64,000 bases of DNA from Acidobacteriota bacterium (GCA_965209055.1 OZ242374.1:5920001-5984000); one strand, 5' to 3'; numbered from the stretch's first letter, positions 47,036 to 62,690 are shown. Numbers and translations are program-made. Notes: a model not told the origin generated them from the letters alone.

Positions 47036-47650
47036 CTAAGCCTTCGGCATGACCTTGCTCAGCCGAATCACGGCCCGCTTGAGCGCTTTGCGGGCCGCGT
47101 CCGCGCTGGGCATGCGTTCGATGGCCGCGAGTTGCCGGTAGCTGTACCCGAGTTCCGCACGTCCGACGATCAGGTGTCGATCACGGTCCTTCAGGCCCTT
47201 GAGGCCATCCCGGTAGCGCTTCCACATCTCTTTGTTCAGCATCTGTTGATGCTGTGGGGACGCTTCCTCAGTGGGACGAAAGGGTTCCTGCGGCGGTGCG
47301 ACACGGCTGTCATCCAGACGCCGGGTGGCGCGTCGCAGCTCGTCCTGGACGCGGTTCTCCACGGCGCGCCGCAGATAGCTCCGCAAGGCGCCCATGTGCT
47401 TCGACTCGAACCATTTGAGCCGTGCAAATGTGTGGTGCAGGACATCCTGCGCCAGATCGCTCGTGGTGATCCCGTCGCGGGCCCATTGCGGCAGGCGTCC
47501 CCGCACTCGTCTTCGCACCCATGGTGAATACCGGGTGAACAGCACCTCGATGGCCGAGGCACTGCCTTGTCGCACCCGTTTCAGAAGGCGCTGGTCGGAA
47601 CCACCGGTCTGCGAAACGTTTTTGCTCGACCGTTTCGATGGGGGAATCAT
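47036..47650 (-). CDS. ECF sigma factor (kinase-associated type)
   Basis: Sigma2 (LFTRY, DLAQD, YLRRAVENRVQDELRR) and sigma4 (GYSYRQLA..SADAARKALKRA). Confidence 0.9.
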   Translation of the reverse strand: MIPPSKRSSKNVSQTGGSDQRLLKRVRQGSASAIEVLFTRYSPWVRRRVRGRLPQWARDGITTSDLAQDVLHHTFARLKWFESKHMGALRSYLRRAVENRVQDELRRATRRLDDSRVAPPQEPFRPTEEASPQHQQMLNKEMWKRYRDGLKGLKDRDRHLIVGRAELGYSYRQLAAIERMPSADAARKALKRAVIRLSKVMPKA

Positions 47651-47707
47651 CTGAGCCGTTATCCTATCCGATCAGCCCGGCGCTCGCCGCCAGATGACCG
47701 AATCTGT

Positions 47708-47730
47708 CGGCTTCGGCTGATCCGAGGCCG
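47708..47730 (-). terminator. Hairpin directly after gltD stop
   Basis: CGGCTTCGG-CTGAT-CCGAGGCCG stem; no U-tract. Confidence 0.3.
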
Positions 47731-47734
47731 GAAC

Positions 47735-49216
47735 TCACGGCAACCGCGTCGATCCCATAAGGAAGCGGTCGCACTCCCGGGCGGCTTCCCTACCCTCCCG
47801 GATGGCCCAGACCACCAGGCTCTGCCCCCGCCGGACGTCGCCGGCGGCGAAGATGCCCGGCATGGTGGTGGCATAGTCGCTGGTGTCGGCCTTGATGTTG
47901 GAACGCGGGTCCCGCTCCAATCCCAGTTGATCGGGAAGCCGGTCCTCGGGCCCCAGGAATCCCATGGCCAGCAGGACCAGTTGGGCGGGCCACACCTGCT
48001 CGGTTCCCGGGATCCGTTCGAACGACGGCCTCCCTCCGTTTCGCGACCACCGGATCCCCACGGTGTGGACCTCCTTCAGGCGTCCCGAGGCGTCGCCCTC
48101 CATCCTGACGGTCATGATGGAGAAGCGGCGGGGGTCCGCTCCGAAGAGGGCCGCGGCCTCCTCCTGCCCGTAGTCCATGCGGTAGATCCGGGGCCATTGG
48201 GGCCAGGGGTTGTCCGGCGCCCGGCTGTCGGGCGGCCGGGGAAGGATCTCGAACTGGACCAGACTGCGGCAACCGTGGCGCAGGGCGGTTCCCACGCAGT
48301 CGGTTCCCGTGTCTCCGCCCCCGATGACGATGACGTCCTTGTCGCGGGCGGAGATGTATCGCCCGTCCTCGAGATTGCTGTCCAGCAAGCTCTTGGCGTT
48401 GGCGTGCAGATAGTCCATGGCGAAGTGGACGCCGTCCAGATGGCGCCCCTCCACCGGCAGGTCCCGGGGCTTGGTGGCGCCGCAACAAAGGACGGCCGCG
48501 TCGAATTCGTCCCTCAGCCTGGAGGCCGGGAAGTTGCCGCCCACATCCATCCCGGTGAGGAAGCGGACGCCCTCCGCCGCCAGGAGCTCGACCCGGCGCC
48601 AGACCACTTCCTTGTCCAGCTTCATGGCCGGGATGCCGTAGGTCAGGAGCCCCCCGATCCGGTCCGCGCGCTCCAGGACGGTGGTCTCGTGCCCGGCCTG
48701 GTTGAGCTGGTCGGCGCAGGCCAGACCGGCTGGTCCCGACCCCACGATGGCGACCTTCTTGCCGGTCCGGCGGGAAGGCGGACGGGGGACGATCCAACCC
48801 TCCTCGAATCCGCGGTCGACGATGGAGCACTCGATGCTCTTGATGGTGACCGGCGGTTCGATGATGCCCAGGACGCACGAGCCCTCGCACGGAGCGGGAC
48901 AGACTCGTCCCGTGAACTCGGGGAAGTTGTTGGTCTTGTGGAGGCGCTCCAGGGCTTCCCGCCAGAGCCCCCGGTAGACGAGATCGTTCCACTCCGGGAT
49001 CAGGTTGTGGATGGGGCAGCCGGTGGCCATCCCGCCCATCACCTCCCCCGTGTGGCAGAAGGGGACGCCGCAATCCATGCAGCGGGCTCCCTGGCGCTCC
49101 AGAGCGGAATCGGGCAGATGCTCGTGGAACTCCCGCCAGGTTCCGACCCGCTCGCCGGGAGTCAGGACCGGAAGCGGCTCCCGCTCATATTCCATGAAGC
49201 CGGTGGGCTTACCCAT
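47735..49216 (-). CDS. gltD: Glutamate synthase small subunit
   Basis: [50 protein letters not shown]. Confidence 0.97.
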   Translation of the reverse strand: MGKPTGFMEYEREPLPVLTPGERVGTWREFHEHLPDSALERQGARCMDCGVPFCHTGEVMGGMATGCPIHNLIPEWNDLVYRGLWREALERLHKTNNFPEFTGRVCPAPCEGSCVLGIIEPPVTIKSIECSIVDRGFEEGWIVPRPPSRRTGKKVAIVGSGPAGLACADQLNQAGHETTVLERADRIGGLLTYGIPAMKLDKEVVWRRVELLAAEGVRFLTGMDVGGNFPASRLRDEFDAAVLCCGATKPRDLPVEGRHLDGVHFAMDYLHANAKSLLDSNLEDGRYISARDKDVIVIGGGDTGTDCVGTALRHGCRSLVQFEILPRPPDSRAPDNPWPQWPRIYRMDYGQEEAAALFGADPRRFSIMTVRMEGDASGRLKEVHTVGIRWSRNGGRPSFERIPGTEQVWPAQLVLLAMGFLGPEDRLPDQLGLERDPRSNIKADTSDYATTMPGIFAAGDVRRGQSLVVWAIREGREAARECDRFLMGSTRLP

Positions 49217-49261
49217 CTACTCCCCTTGTCATGCTCTCCGAATTTGCGGGCTCGACGACTG

Positions 49262-53856
<4,595 letters not shown>

Positions 53857-53860
<4 letters not shown>

Positions 53861-54855
53861 GATGTCCCCCCGGTGCGGACCCCGGCGGAACCGCTTCGGG
53901 GTGCGCGCCGCTGACCCGAGGCAGGAGGTATCTGGCCGCCTGCCGGCCTCGCGGAGCGGTCCTTGCCGTTATGGTTCCCGGAGTTTTTCAGGAGGTCCAT
54001 GAAGCGGTGGGCGGCCAGACTCAAACGGGCGTGGCGCCGAATGATGACTCCCAGGGGCCGGACCATTCCCGGCTCGACCAGAGGCACGGCGGCGAGCGTT
54101 CCCGACCGGACTTCCCGCATCAACGTGGGTTCGGGCAACAGGGCCACTCCGGCCCCCACTTCCACGGCTTCCTTGATGTTTTCGATGTTGTCGAACTCCA
54201 GCACCACGTTCACGGCGACTCCCTGCTCCCGCAGAAAACGATCGACCTCGCGCCGAATCACCAGCCCTTTCTCGAAACCGATGTAGCTCTCCTTGGCAAG
54301 GTCCCTGGGGTGAACCCGCGTCAGACTGGACAGGCGGTGACCTGGGGGACAGACCAGCACCATGGGCTCGTCCCTCCAGGGACGGGTGGTGAGCTCCCGG
54401 GTGTTCCTGGGAAACGAGACCAGTCCCAGATCCGCGGTCCCTTCCAGAACCCGCCGATAGACACGGTCCGGATGGAGGTAGTCGATGTGGACCTCCGCGT
54501 TCCGGTAGCTCCTCCGAATGCGGTCGACGTACTGCCCCATGTCCCTGAGTCCCACGGAGTAGATGGCCGCCACCTGCACCGAGACCTCCATCCGCTCCCC
54601 CTCCTGGCGAATGGATGCCTCGAGATCCGTGTACTCGCCGAGCATCTTCTTGCATCCCCGGTAGTAGACCTTGCCCAGCTCCGTGGTCTGCAGGGGGCGG
54701 GTCGACCGGTCGATCAGGTTGACACCCAGGGTCCTCTCCAACTGCAGCATGGCCTGGCTGGCGGCGGACTGTGAAAGTCCGTTGAGGCGGGCTGCCTGAG
54801 AGAAACTGCGAAGGCGGACGACGTCACAAAACAATTTCAGGCACTCGATTCGCAT
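53857..54855 (-). CDS. LysR-family transcriptional regulator
   Basis: [12 protein letters not shown]...SQSAASQ..LE HTH; ATG 54855; stop overlaps gltB start. Confidence 0.93.
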
Positions 54856-54866
54856 AGATTGAGCGT

Positions 54867-54918
54867 AGTATATACATTTCTTATACGGCGTCAACCTATT
54901 ATTAGATATTTAAATAAT
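54867..54918 (-). promoter_or_regulatory. TTGACG-N16-TATACT promoter with adjacent ATTATT-N9-AATAAT inverted repeat (candidate LysR site)
   Basis: AT-rich patch; hexamers at 54889-54894 and 54867-54872; inverted repeat at 54898-54918. Confidence 0.55.
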
Positions 54919-55137
54919 GGTTGGAATCCCTTCCCGGATGCGCCGACGTTGTGGAAGGGCAACGGGAAATACGGAACACCCGTTTACCGGATGCCCTCAC
55001 GCGCGTATTATCTTGCCGGTCAACAGCGAGCCCGGCTCCGGCGCGGACCGGCTGGACCCGAACGGCCTCGTGATCCGGAACCACTACCGGCAGCGCGTGT
55101 GATTCGCAACTGCCGGCTTTTGAGAGGAGATCCGAAA

Positions 55138-56031
55138 GTGAAGCGATTTCAGGGAGTCTATCCGGCGTTGGTCACTCCCGTGGACGACCGCGGAAACATA
55201 CGGACGGGAGCCCTCCGGGACCTGATGGAGTGGCATCTGGAAGTCGGGGTCGACGGTTTCTACATCGCCGGCGGCACCGGAGAAGGCCTTTTGCTGACGC
55301 AGGATCAACGCAAGGAACTCACCAAAGAGACCGTGCGGGCCGCCGACGGAAGGGTTCCCGTCATTGTCCACGTGGGACACGTTTCCACCCGGGCGGCCGT
55401 CGATCTGGCCCGTCACGCCTCTGCCTCCGGCGCCGACGCCGTCAGCGCCATCCCGCCCATCTACTACGGCACGGACCCGGCATCCATCGTCGGGCACTAC
55501 ACGGCCATCGCTTCGGCCACGCCGCTGCCCCTCATCGTCTACCACATTCCCGCAGCCACCCATTCCCAGATGACCGTGGGCCTCATGACCGAACTGCTCC
55601 GGCTACCCACGGTCAAGGGGATCAAGTTCAGCGACTACAACCACTTCCTGATGCGGCAGATCGGCCTCCTGGGACCGGAGCTCCTGGTCTATTCCGGGAA
55701 TGACGAAGTCTTCCTGTCCGGCCTGGTCATGGGGGCCAACGGCGGGATCGGTCTGACCTACAACTTCATGCCCCAACTCTTCGTCGGAATCTACAAGGCC
55801 TTCCATGCGGGCGACCTCGCCCGGGCCCGGGAACTGCAATGGACGGCCTGCGCCATGATCGACGTCCTGCTGGGAATCAGCGGGTCCACGCTTTCCGCAG
55901 CCAAGGTGCTGCTGCGGCACCTGGGATTCGAGGTGGGAGAAGTGCGGCGGCCGATCCGTCCGCTGACCCGACAGGACACGGATCTGGTCGTGGGCCGGAT
56001 GACCGAACTGGGACTCGGCCAGCGCAGTTGA
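55138..56031 (+). CDS. DapA-family lyase (N-acetylneuraminate lyase-like)
   Basis: GVYPALVTP, GGTGEG, YHIP, GIKFS, GGIGLTYN; GTG after GAGGAG. Confidence 0.88.
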   Translation: MKRFQGVYPALVTPVDDRGNIRTGALRDLMEWHLEVGVDGFYIAGGTGEGLLLTQDQRKELTKETVRAADGRVPVIVHVGHVSTRAAVDLARHASASGADAVSAIPPIYYGTDPASIVGHYTAIASATPLPLIVYHIPAATHSQMTVGLMTELLRLPTVKGIKFSDYNHFLMRQIGLLGPELLVYSGNDEVFLSGLVMGANGGIGLTYNFMPQLFVGIYKAFHAGDLARARELQWTACAMIDVLLGISGSTLSAAKVLLRHLGFEVGEVRRPIRPLTRQDTDLVVGRMTELGLGQRS

Positions 56032-56077
56032 CGGCCGGCTGCGGCTTCCGCGGAATTCGACCGAATCGCGCCTTGGA

Positions 56078-57013
56078 TCAAGGCTCCTGCTGAAGCCGGT
56101 CCTCGATCTGGCTCACGCGGATCACGCCGTGGTCGGCGTCGTAGGGGAGCCCGCGGGTGGCCGCCACCCGGTCGATGAAGCTCAGCCCCAGGGGCCCCGC
56201 GTAGGTTTCGGGAGTCTTGAAAGCCGGGTCCTCCAGGGCTTCCGCCATGGAGATGAAGGAATACCCCCGGTCCTGGAGCATCTGAATCGTATCCTCGAGG
56301 AAACTGGCGGTGGCGATGGCGCAATGCAGCCAGAGGATGTGCGGGATGTTCCGGCCGAACACGGCTTGCGACTGGGCCTCGCCGTAGTCGACCGCCTCGC
56401 CCACGTGCGCCAGGTAGATGGCCTTGAGCCTCTCCCTGACAAGGTCGTCGTTCTCCACGTCGAGAAAGATCCGGTTGAACCGGCGGTCTCCCGTCTTGAT
56501 GGTGACCCGGGCAATCTCATAACTGGCCCGGTAGAGGGCCTTGGCCACCCGGTTCTTCTTCTTTTCGTTGTCCCCTTGGTGGAGGTAGGGGAACCGCAGG
56601 TAGCGGTAGTTGAACCCCCGCCGGCTCCGGCTGAGCTGCTTCAGGTACTTCTGGCCGTCGCCCACGTGTTCCAGAAACTCGTTGGCCCTCAACTGGTGAA
56701 GATCGACGTGGGCAAAGGTGTTGTTGCCCACGATGTGCCCCGCGTCCGCCCAGTCCTCCAGGATGACGAAGGTGGCCAGATCATCCTGGACGCGCTCCTC
56801 CACCACGAAGCCGGCCGCCGGAATGTCCTGCCGCTTCAAAGTGCGCAGAATCATGTTGCTGATCTCTCGCGGGCGCCAGTAACCCAAGGGTCCCAAGAAC
56901 GGGAGATCGTCGAAGGTCAGGGCGATTTTCCGGTCGGGTTCAGCGAGTCCGGGAACCGGCAGGAGGAAAAAAAGAATGAGCGGCAGACCGATTCGCCGGC
57001 CGAGTTGCTTCAT
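56078..57013 (-). CDS. Exported polysaccharide deacetylase (CE4-like)
   Basis: Signal peptide, IALTFDDLP, GNNTFAH, LRFPYL. Confidence 0.85.
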   Translation of the reverse strand: MKQLGRRIGLPLILFFLLPVPGLAEPDRKIALTFDDLPFLGPLGYWRPREISNMILRTLKRQDIPAAGFVVEERVQDDLATFVILEDWADAGHIVGNNTFAHVDLHQLRANEFLEHVGDGQKYLKQLSRSRRGFNYRYLRFPYLHQGDNEKKKNRVAKALYRASYEIARVTIKTGDRRFNRIFLDVENDDLVRERLKAIYLAHVGEAVDYGEAQSQAVFGRNIPHILWLHCAIATASFLEDTIQMLQDRGYSFISMAEALEDPAFKTPETYAGPLGLSFIDRVAATRGLPYDADHGVIRVSQIEDRLQQEP

Positions 57014-57037
57014 GTTCCTCTTGCTCCAATCCGGAGG

Positions 57038-58009
57038 TCAGGAAGTCAGCAGAAGAACCTTGCCTGTAGTCTTCCTTCCCTCCAGCGCGCGATGCGCGGC
57101 CTCGGCCTCTGCCAGCGGGTAGGTCGAGCCGATGCGCACTTTCAGTTCTCCTCCAGCGTACCACTGGAACAGGTCGTCGGCGCGGCCCATCAGCTCTTCG
57201 CGGGTGAGGGCATAGTGATTCAGGCTGGGACGCGTCAGGAAGAGGGAGCCCTTCTGATTCAGAATCTGGGGATCGAAGGGGCCTATGGGCCCGCTGGACT
57301 GCCCGAAGAGGACCAGGTATCCCCTGGGGCGCAGGCAGTTCAGGCTCCGCTCGAAGGTGGTCTTGGCCACCGAATCGTAGACCACGTTCACTCCGGCCCC
57401 GCCGGTCAGCCGTTCCACCTCGATCTGGAAATCCTGCTCCGTATAGAGGATGACGTGGTCGGCGCCCGCCTCCCGGGCCAACTCCGCCTTGGCCTCGGTC
57501 GAGACCGTCCCGATGACGGAGGCCCCCAGGCGTTTGGCGATCTGCACCAGGAGCAGACCGACGCCGCCGGCGGCGGCGTGCACCAGCGCCGTGTCTCCCT
57601 CGCTCAAGGGAAAGGACCCGTGGGCCAGATAGTGGGCGGTGAGTCCCTGCACCATGAGGGTGGCCGCGACGGAAGCGTCCATATCGTCGGGCAGGAGCAC
57701 AAGCTTCGACGCGTCCACCGCCGCCCGCTGAGCATAGGAGCCCAGGGTCATGGCGTAGGCAACCCGGTCGCCGGCGCGGACCCCATCCACCCGGGAACCC
57801 ACTTCAAGCACGGTCCCGGCGCCTTCCACACCGGGCGTGAAGGGTACGGGCGCCGGATAAAGGCCGTACCGATGGTAAGTATCGATGTAGTTGACGCCGG
57901 CGACCTCGATCTCGACGAGCGCTTGGGCCGGACCGATCTGCGGTTCGGGCGTCTCCTCGTAGCGCAGGACCTCGGGGCCCCCGTTTTCGTTCACACGGAT
58001 GGCTTTCAT
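57038..58009 (-). CDS. qor: NADPH:quinone oxidoreductase (zeta-crystallin)
   Basis: [33 protein letters not shown]. Confidence 0.92.
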   Translation of the reverse strand: MKAIRVNENGGPEVLRYEETPEPQIGPAQALVEIEVAGVNYIDTYHRYGLYPAPVPFTPGVEGAGTVLEVGSRVDGVRAGDRVAYAMTLGSYAQRAAVDASKLVLLPDDMDASVAATLMVQGLTAHYLAHGSFPLSEGDTALVHAAAGGVGLLLVQIAKRLGASVIGTVSTEAKAELAREAGADHVILYTEQDFQIEVERLTGGAGVNVVYDSVAKTTFERSLNCLRPRGYLVLFGQSSGPIGPFDPQILNQKGSLFLTRPSLNHYALTREELMGRADDLFQWYAGGELKVRIGSTYPLAEAEAAHRALEGRKTTGKVLLLTS

Positions 58010-58308
58010 AGGCTGATCCCAATCGACGGCCCGGATTCCCGCGTCCGAATCAAACTCCTGATCCCGCGGATCGGGCTCCAATCGTAGCCGGAGTATAGCT
58101 TCCGGAGAAAAGCGAGGGAAGACGCGGGGCGAGTCTCCCGGGGCAGGCCTCGGCGAGATTCCGGGTGGGACGGAACGGCCCCGATTTCCCAAGAACCCCC
58201 TCTCTCATACTTCTCACTCCCCATTCCGATTTCCTCATTCCTCTTTTCTCCTCTTGGTGTTATGATGCCGAAAATTAAGGTTCGTCAAGCAGTCCAGCGA
58301 CTGTTGCA

Positions 58309-58806
58309 ATGAAGGGGATGAAGATGCCGAGAGTGGCCCTGTTGGTTTTGTTGGTCATGTTTCTGACATTTCCGGTCCTGGGCCAGGACCGCGTCACCAT
58401 GTCGTCTCCGGTCATCAGGACGACGGTCGATGACATCATCCTCTCCGTCGAACTCAGCGATTTCTCGTCCGGGAATTCCTACCGGCTCGGATTCGGCGCC
58501 GCGAAGGGCCAGATCAAGGCCCGGCTGCAATTGGTCAAGGGCACGGAAGACGTGCCCATTCCGATGACGGATTTCGTCCAGGGTCACACCGATTCCTGGT
58601 GGAGCGTGCCACAGATCTCCGCCCGCGGCTGGAGCCTGAAGGGCGCCAACCTGCCCAAGGCGGGCGAGCGGCTCACCTTCCGGGTGATGATCGCCCGACC
58701 CGACGCCAAGGAAATCACCAAGGTCTACCTAATGATCTCGCGCGACTACGGTGGCGGCCTGTGGTACCTGGAAGACGGCGTGGAGATGGATCAGTCCATG
58801 TGGTGA
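58309..58806 (+). CDS. Hypothetical exported protein
   Basis: Signal peptide; extended -10 TGtTATGAT upstream. Confidence 0.65.
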   Translation: MKGMKMPRVALLVLLVMFLTFPVLGQDRVTMSSPVIRTTVDDIILSVELSDFSSGNSYRLGFGAAKGQIKARLQLVKGTEDVPIPMTDFVQGHTDSWWSVPQISARGWSLKGANLPKAGERLTFRVMIARPDAKEITKVYLMISRDYGGGLWYLEDGVEMDQSMW

Positions 58807-58869
58807 GCCGATTTCATCCCCCATCGGCCGCCCGGTCTTCGTTTCTCTTGAGTTCCTGAATTTCCATCG

Positions 58870-61437
58870 ATGCAGACCCTTCTCGACCTGATCCCCCATC
58901 TACAGGGGCGGGACGGCGAAGCGGTTCGTTTCGACGACGGCCTCCGCACCCGCATCCTCTCCTATCCCGAGTTGTGGCGCCGGATCGCCTCCTTTGCCTG
59001 GCATCTCAGGGAGCGGGGCATCCGGAAGGGAGACCGGCTCCTGCTCTGGGGAGAGAACGGACCGGAGTGGGTCGCCGTTTTCTGGGGTTGCGTCTCCCAG
59101 GGAGTCCAGGTCGTCCCGTTGGACCCCACCTCCAGTCCGGCGCTGGTGGAGCGGATCCAGGAGAAGGTCCAGGCGCGCCTGCTGGTGCACGGCCGGGGGA
59201 TCAGGCCGGAGGCCGGCGTGGAACACCTGTCGTTCCGGAACCTGGCCGCACTCGAGCCCAAGAGCGAGACGCTCCCCCGGGTCCCGCTGGAGCCGGACGA
59301 CCCGGTGGAGATCGTCTTCACCTCCGGCACCACGGGGTCGCCCAAAGGTGTCATCCATCGCCACCGGAACATCTGCGCCAACCTGACGCCCTTCGCCCGC
59401 GAGATCGCCCGCTACCGGAAGTACGCCAGGCCTTTCCAGCCCGTCCGGTTCCTGAATCTGCTTCCCCTGAGCCATATGTTCGGCCAGTCGGCCGGACTCT
59501 TCATTCCCCTCATCCTGGGGGGCGGCGTGGTGTTCATGTCCGAGCTCCATCCGGCGGCGATCCTGAACTGCATCCGCCGGCACCGGGTTTCCGTCCTGGT
59601 TTCGGTGCCCCGGGTCCTGACCACTCTGGAGCGGCGGGTCCGCAAGAGCGTCACGATTCCCCCGGGGCCGGTGAAGAGGCGTGGGCTGGCAGGGGTGGCC
59701 GTCCGCTGGTGGAAGTACCGGCGGGTGCACCGGACCTTGGGCTGGAAGTTCTGGGCCATCGTCGTGGGCGGCGCCCGGCTGGAGCTGCGGCAGGAAGAGT
59801 GGTGGGCCGAACTGGGTTTCGCGCTGCTTCAGGGGTATGGACTCACCGAGAGCAGTCCCGTGGTGGCTGTGAACCACCCGTTTCGACCCCGGCGCGGCGC
59901 CCTGGGACGCCCCCTCGCCGGACAGGAGGTCCGGTTGGCTGCGGACGGCGAGATCCTGGTCCGCGGGGAGAGCGTCGCCACCGAGTACCTGACCGCCAAG
60001 AGCGAGACTCAGGACGTCCTGGACGGCGGTTGGTTCCGAACCGGCGACGTAGGCGAACTGGACGAGACGGGAGTGCTCTATTACAAGGGCCGCAAGAAGG
60101 ATCTGATCGTGACGGCCGACGGCCTCAACGTGCATCCCCAGGACGTGGAATCGGTGCTGAACCGTCTTCCGGGCATCCGGGACAGCGTGGTCGTGCCCGG
60201 CCCCAGCCCGGTCGGCGACGTGGTCCACGCGGCTCTCATTCCGGCGGACGAAAAGCAGGACCCGGAGGAACTCGTCCGTCTCGCCAATCGACGCCTGGAA
60301 ACCCGCCAGCGCGTCAGGAGTTGGTCCATCTGGCCGGAGGCGGATTTCCCGAGAACTCCGTCCACCTGGAAGGTCCGGCGCCACCTGGTGGCCCGCCGCG
60401 TCGCACAACGGCGCGGGGCTCACCGCCGGGAGACGGTCTCCCCGGCCCGCGCGATCCTGGCGCAGATCACGGGACGCGACCCGCGTCAGATTCGCGGGGA
60501 CCAGCGTCTGGACGAGGACCTGGGACTGTCGTCCCTGGACCGGGTCGACCTTCTCTCGCGGCTGGAGGACCGCCGGGAACTGGAGATCGACGAAGAGGGA
60601 CTGGCCCGCATCGGCACGGTCCGTGAACTGGAGGCAGCACTGACCGGACCGGCGACGGGTCCGGGTTCTGTTGAGGCGCAGGAGGCGCGGAGCCCGGATG
60701 CTTCCCCTCCCCGGGACCGGCCCCAGACCGTCCTGCCCTACTGGACACGCCGGGCGCCCGTCCGCTGGGCGCGGACCGGCCTGCGGGAGGGCTTCATGGT
60801 TCCGCTCCTTCGCAACCGCCTTCCCCTCACGGTGACTGGCGCAGACCTGCTGGAGCGGGTCCGTCCCCCGGTGATCTTCGCCGCCAATCACGTCAGTCAC
60901 CTGGACACGCCGGTGATCTTGGCGGCGCTGCCCCCGTTCTGGCGGCGGCGGCTGGTCCCGGCCATGGTTCAGGAGTGGTTCCTGCCGCACTTTCGCCCCC
61001 GTGGGTTCACCTGGAGCGAGAGGTTCTCCGCCAGCCTCCAGTACGTTCTGGCGTGCGGCTGCTTCAACGCCTATCCCCTCCCCCAGAGGATGGGAGGGAT
61101 CCGGCGCAGTCTCCGCTACACGGGCGAACTCCTGGACCACGGCTACTGCCCCCTGGTCTTTCCCGAGGGCCGGCGGTCTGCCGACGGCGCCCTCGGCAGC
61201 TTTCAGCCTGGAATCGGCCTCATGGGCGTGCGGTTGGAGGTCCCGGTGGTTCCGGTCTACGTAGAGGGACTGTCCCGGGTGTTCCCGGCCGGCAGCCGGT
61301 GGCCCAGGAGAGGTCCGGTCTCGGTGGCCTTCGGCGAGCCGGCGCGGCTGAACCCGCGGCAGGGGTACTCCCAGGCGGCGGCGGAAGTGCGCCGGGCCGT
61401 GCAAGAGTTGATTCCGAAGGAAACAAGTGAGGTTTGA
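58870..61437 (+). CDS. AMP-binding acyl-CoA ligase - carrier domain - lysophospholipid acyltransferase fusion (Aas-like)
   Basis: FTSGTTGSPKG, GYGLTE, FRTGD; carrier DLGLSSL; NHVSHLD and FPEG. Confidence 0.9.
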   Translation: MQTLLDLIPHLQGRDGEAVRFDDGLRTRILSYPELWRRIASFAWHLRERGIRKGDRLLLWGENGPEWVAVFWGCVSQGVQVVPLDPTSSPALVERIQEKVQARLLVHGRGIRPEAGVEHLSFRNLAALEPKSETLPRVPLEPDDPVEIVFTSGTTGSPKGVIHRHRNICANLTPFAREIARYRKYARPFQPVRFLNLLPLSHMFGQSAGLFIPLILGGGVVFMSELHPAAILNCIRRHRVSVLVSVPRVLTTLERRVRKSVTIPPGPVKRRGLAGVAVRWWKYRRVHRTLGWKFWAIVVGGARLELRQEEWWAELGFALLQGYGLTESSPVVAVNHPFRPRRGALGRPLAGQEVRLAADGEILVRGESVATEYLTAKSETQDVLDGGWFRTGDVGELDETGVLYYKGRKKDLIVTADGLNVHPQDVESVLNRLPGIRDSVVVPGPSPVGDVVHAALIPADEKQDPEELVRLANRRLETRQRVRSWSIWPEADFPRTPSTWKVRRHLVARRVAQRRGAHRRETVSPARAILAQITGRDPRQIRGDQRLDEDLGLSSLDRVDLLSRLEDRRELEIDEEGLARIGTVRELEAALTGPATGPGSVEAQEARSPDASPPRDRPQTVLPYWTRRAPVRWARTGLREGFMVPLLRNRLPLTVTGADLLERVRPPVIFAANHVSHLDTPVILAALPPFWRRRLVPAMVQEWFLPHFRPRGFTWSERFSASLQYVLACGCFNAYPLPQRMGGIRRSLRYTGELLDHGYCPLVFPEGRRSADGALGSFQPGIGLMGVRLEVPVVPVYVEGLSRVFPAGSRWPRRGPVSVAFGEPARLNPRQGYSQAAAEVRRAVQELIPKETSEV

Positions 61438-61478
61438 ACCGGCGCCCCTCACATCCCTCACAAGAAAAGGATGACGAA

Positions 61479-62630
61479 ATGCCGAGAGTCCAAGAGTGTA
61501 CGCAGCGAGAGCTTCCCGAGGTCATCGGATTGGTCGACGACGCCATGCGCCAGGGCATGGACCAGACCATGCTCACCGACTACCCCCTCGTCTACCAGGA
61601 AAGCAACCATCGCAACATCCGGGTCGTCAAAGTGGACGGCCGCACCGTGAGCGTCGTGCCCTTCCTGCTTCGAACCGTCGACGTGGAAGACGTCTCGTTC
61701 AACATCGGGATCATTTCGCCGACGGCAACCGATCCGGAGCATCGCCACCGGGGCTACGGACTCGCCTGTCTCAGGAGCTGCCTCGCGAGCATGGAGGAGA
61801 TGGAGTGCGACCTCTCGGTTCTCTGGACCCGGATCGCCACCTTTCCCTTTTACGAACACGGCGCCTTCGAACCGGTCCGCTATCAGGAATGGATTTACAC
61901 CTGCACCGGCGAGGACGGCGGCCGTTTCCGCGACCACGCCGAGCAAGTCGTGCGTTATGACCCGTCTACCGGGACCCATCTGGACCGGATCCGAACCATG
62001 CACGAAGCCGAAGGATACGGCGTGCGGAGATCACGGTCCGAGTGGGAAGCGCTCCTTCGGCTCCCGCTGATGCGCACTCTCGTAGCCGTGGAGGACGGAG
62101 CCACCACCGGCTACCTGATCGTCTCCGGCGCGGGCAACAAGCCGGGACTCATTGAAGCGGGGGGCAGCAGGAAGGCCGTGGAGACCCTCTATGCGCACGC
62201 TCTCCGCCGGTTTCCGGATGGCTCACAAATCCAATCCTATGACCCCCTGACCGGGTCGACCGCAGGGCAACTGCTGGAGCGGACACTTCCCCGACGACGG
62301 CAGTTGACCACCAAGTCCATGATGATCCGCATCAACTGCCCCACGGCGTTCCTGCACAAGATCCGCCCCTGGCTGGAGCGGCGGACGGGGTCCGGGGAGG
62401 AGGAGTTCTCCATCGGGGTGACCGACGCGGCCGAGCAGATCAGCTTCCGCTCCACCAAGGAAGGCCTGCTCCTGGGACAGGATCGGCTGGAGCGGCACTA
62501 CGAACTGACGCGGCGGGAGCTGACGTCGCTGGTTTTCGGTCCCCACCCGGTCCGCGGCGAAGAGTCCACCGGGATCGAAACGAGGCTGTTCCCCTTCTAC
62601 TTTCCGCTTTGGCAACTGGACCAGAGTTGA
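61479..62630 (+). CDS. GNAT-family N-acetyltransferase (Eis-like tandem GNAT)
   Basis: ATDPEHRHRGYG acetyl-CoA motif, FYE..GF-like motif. Confidence 0.8.
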   Translation: MPRVQECTQRELPEVIGLVDDAMRQGMDQTMLTDYPLVYQESNHRNIRVVKVDGRTVSVVPFLLRTVDVEDVSFNIGIISPTATDPEHRHRGYGLACLRSCLASMEEMECDLSVLWTRIATFPFYEHGAFEPVRYQEWIYTCTGEDGGRFRDHAEQVVRYDPSTGTHLDRIRTMHEAEGYGVRRSRSEWEALLRLPLMRTLVAVEDGATTGYLIVSGAGNKPGLIEAGGSRKAVETLYAHALRRFPDGSQIQSYDPLTGSTAGQLLERTLPRRRQLTTKSMMIRINCPTAFLHKIRPWLERRTGSGEEEFSIGVTDAAEQISFRSTKEGLLLGQDRLERHYELTRRELTSLVFGPHPVRGEESTGIETRLFPFYFPLWQLDQS

Positions 62631-62690
62631 ACGGCTCGAATCGCAGTCCGGGCCGCCGGGATGTCGATCCTGGTGAATTGGCCGAAGGAT

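Noticed and set aside
58195-58256. Pyrimidine-rich tract with degenerate ttcctca units
   Set aside because: Low-complexity intergenic sequence with no consistent period or structure
58870-61437. NRPS biosynthetic cluster
   Set aside because: No condensation or thioesterase domain; architecture matches lipid acyl-ligase/acyltransferase fusions
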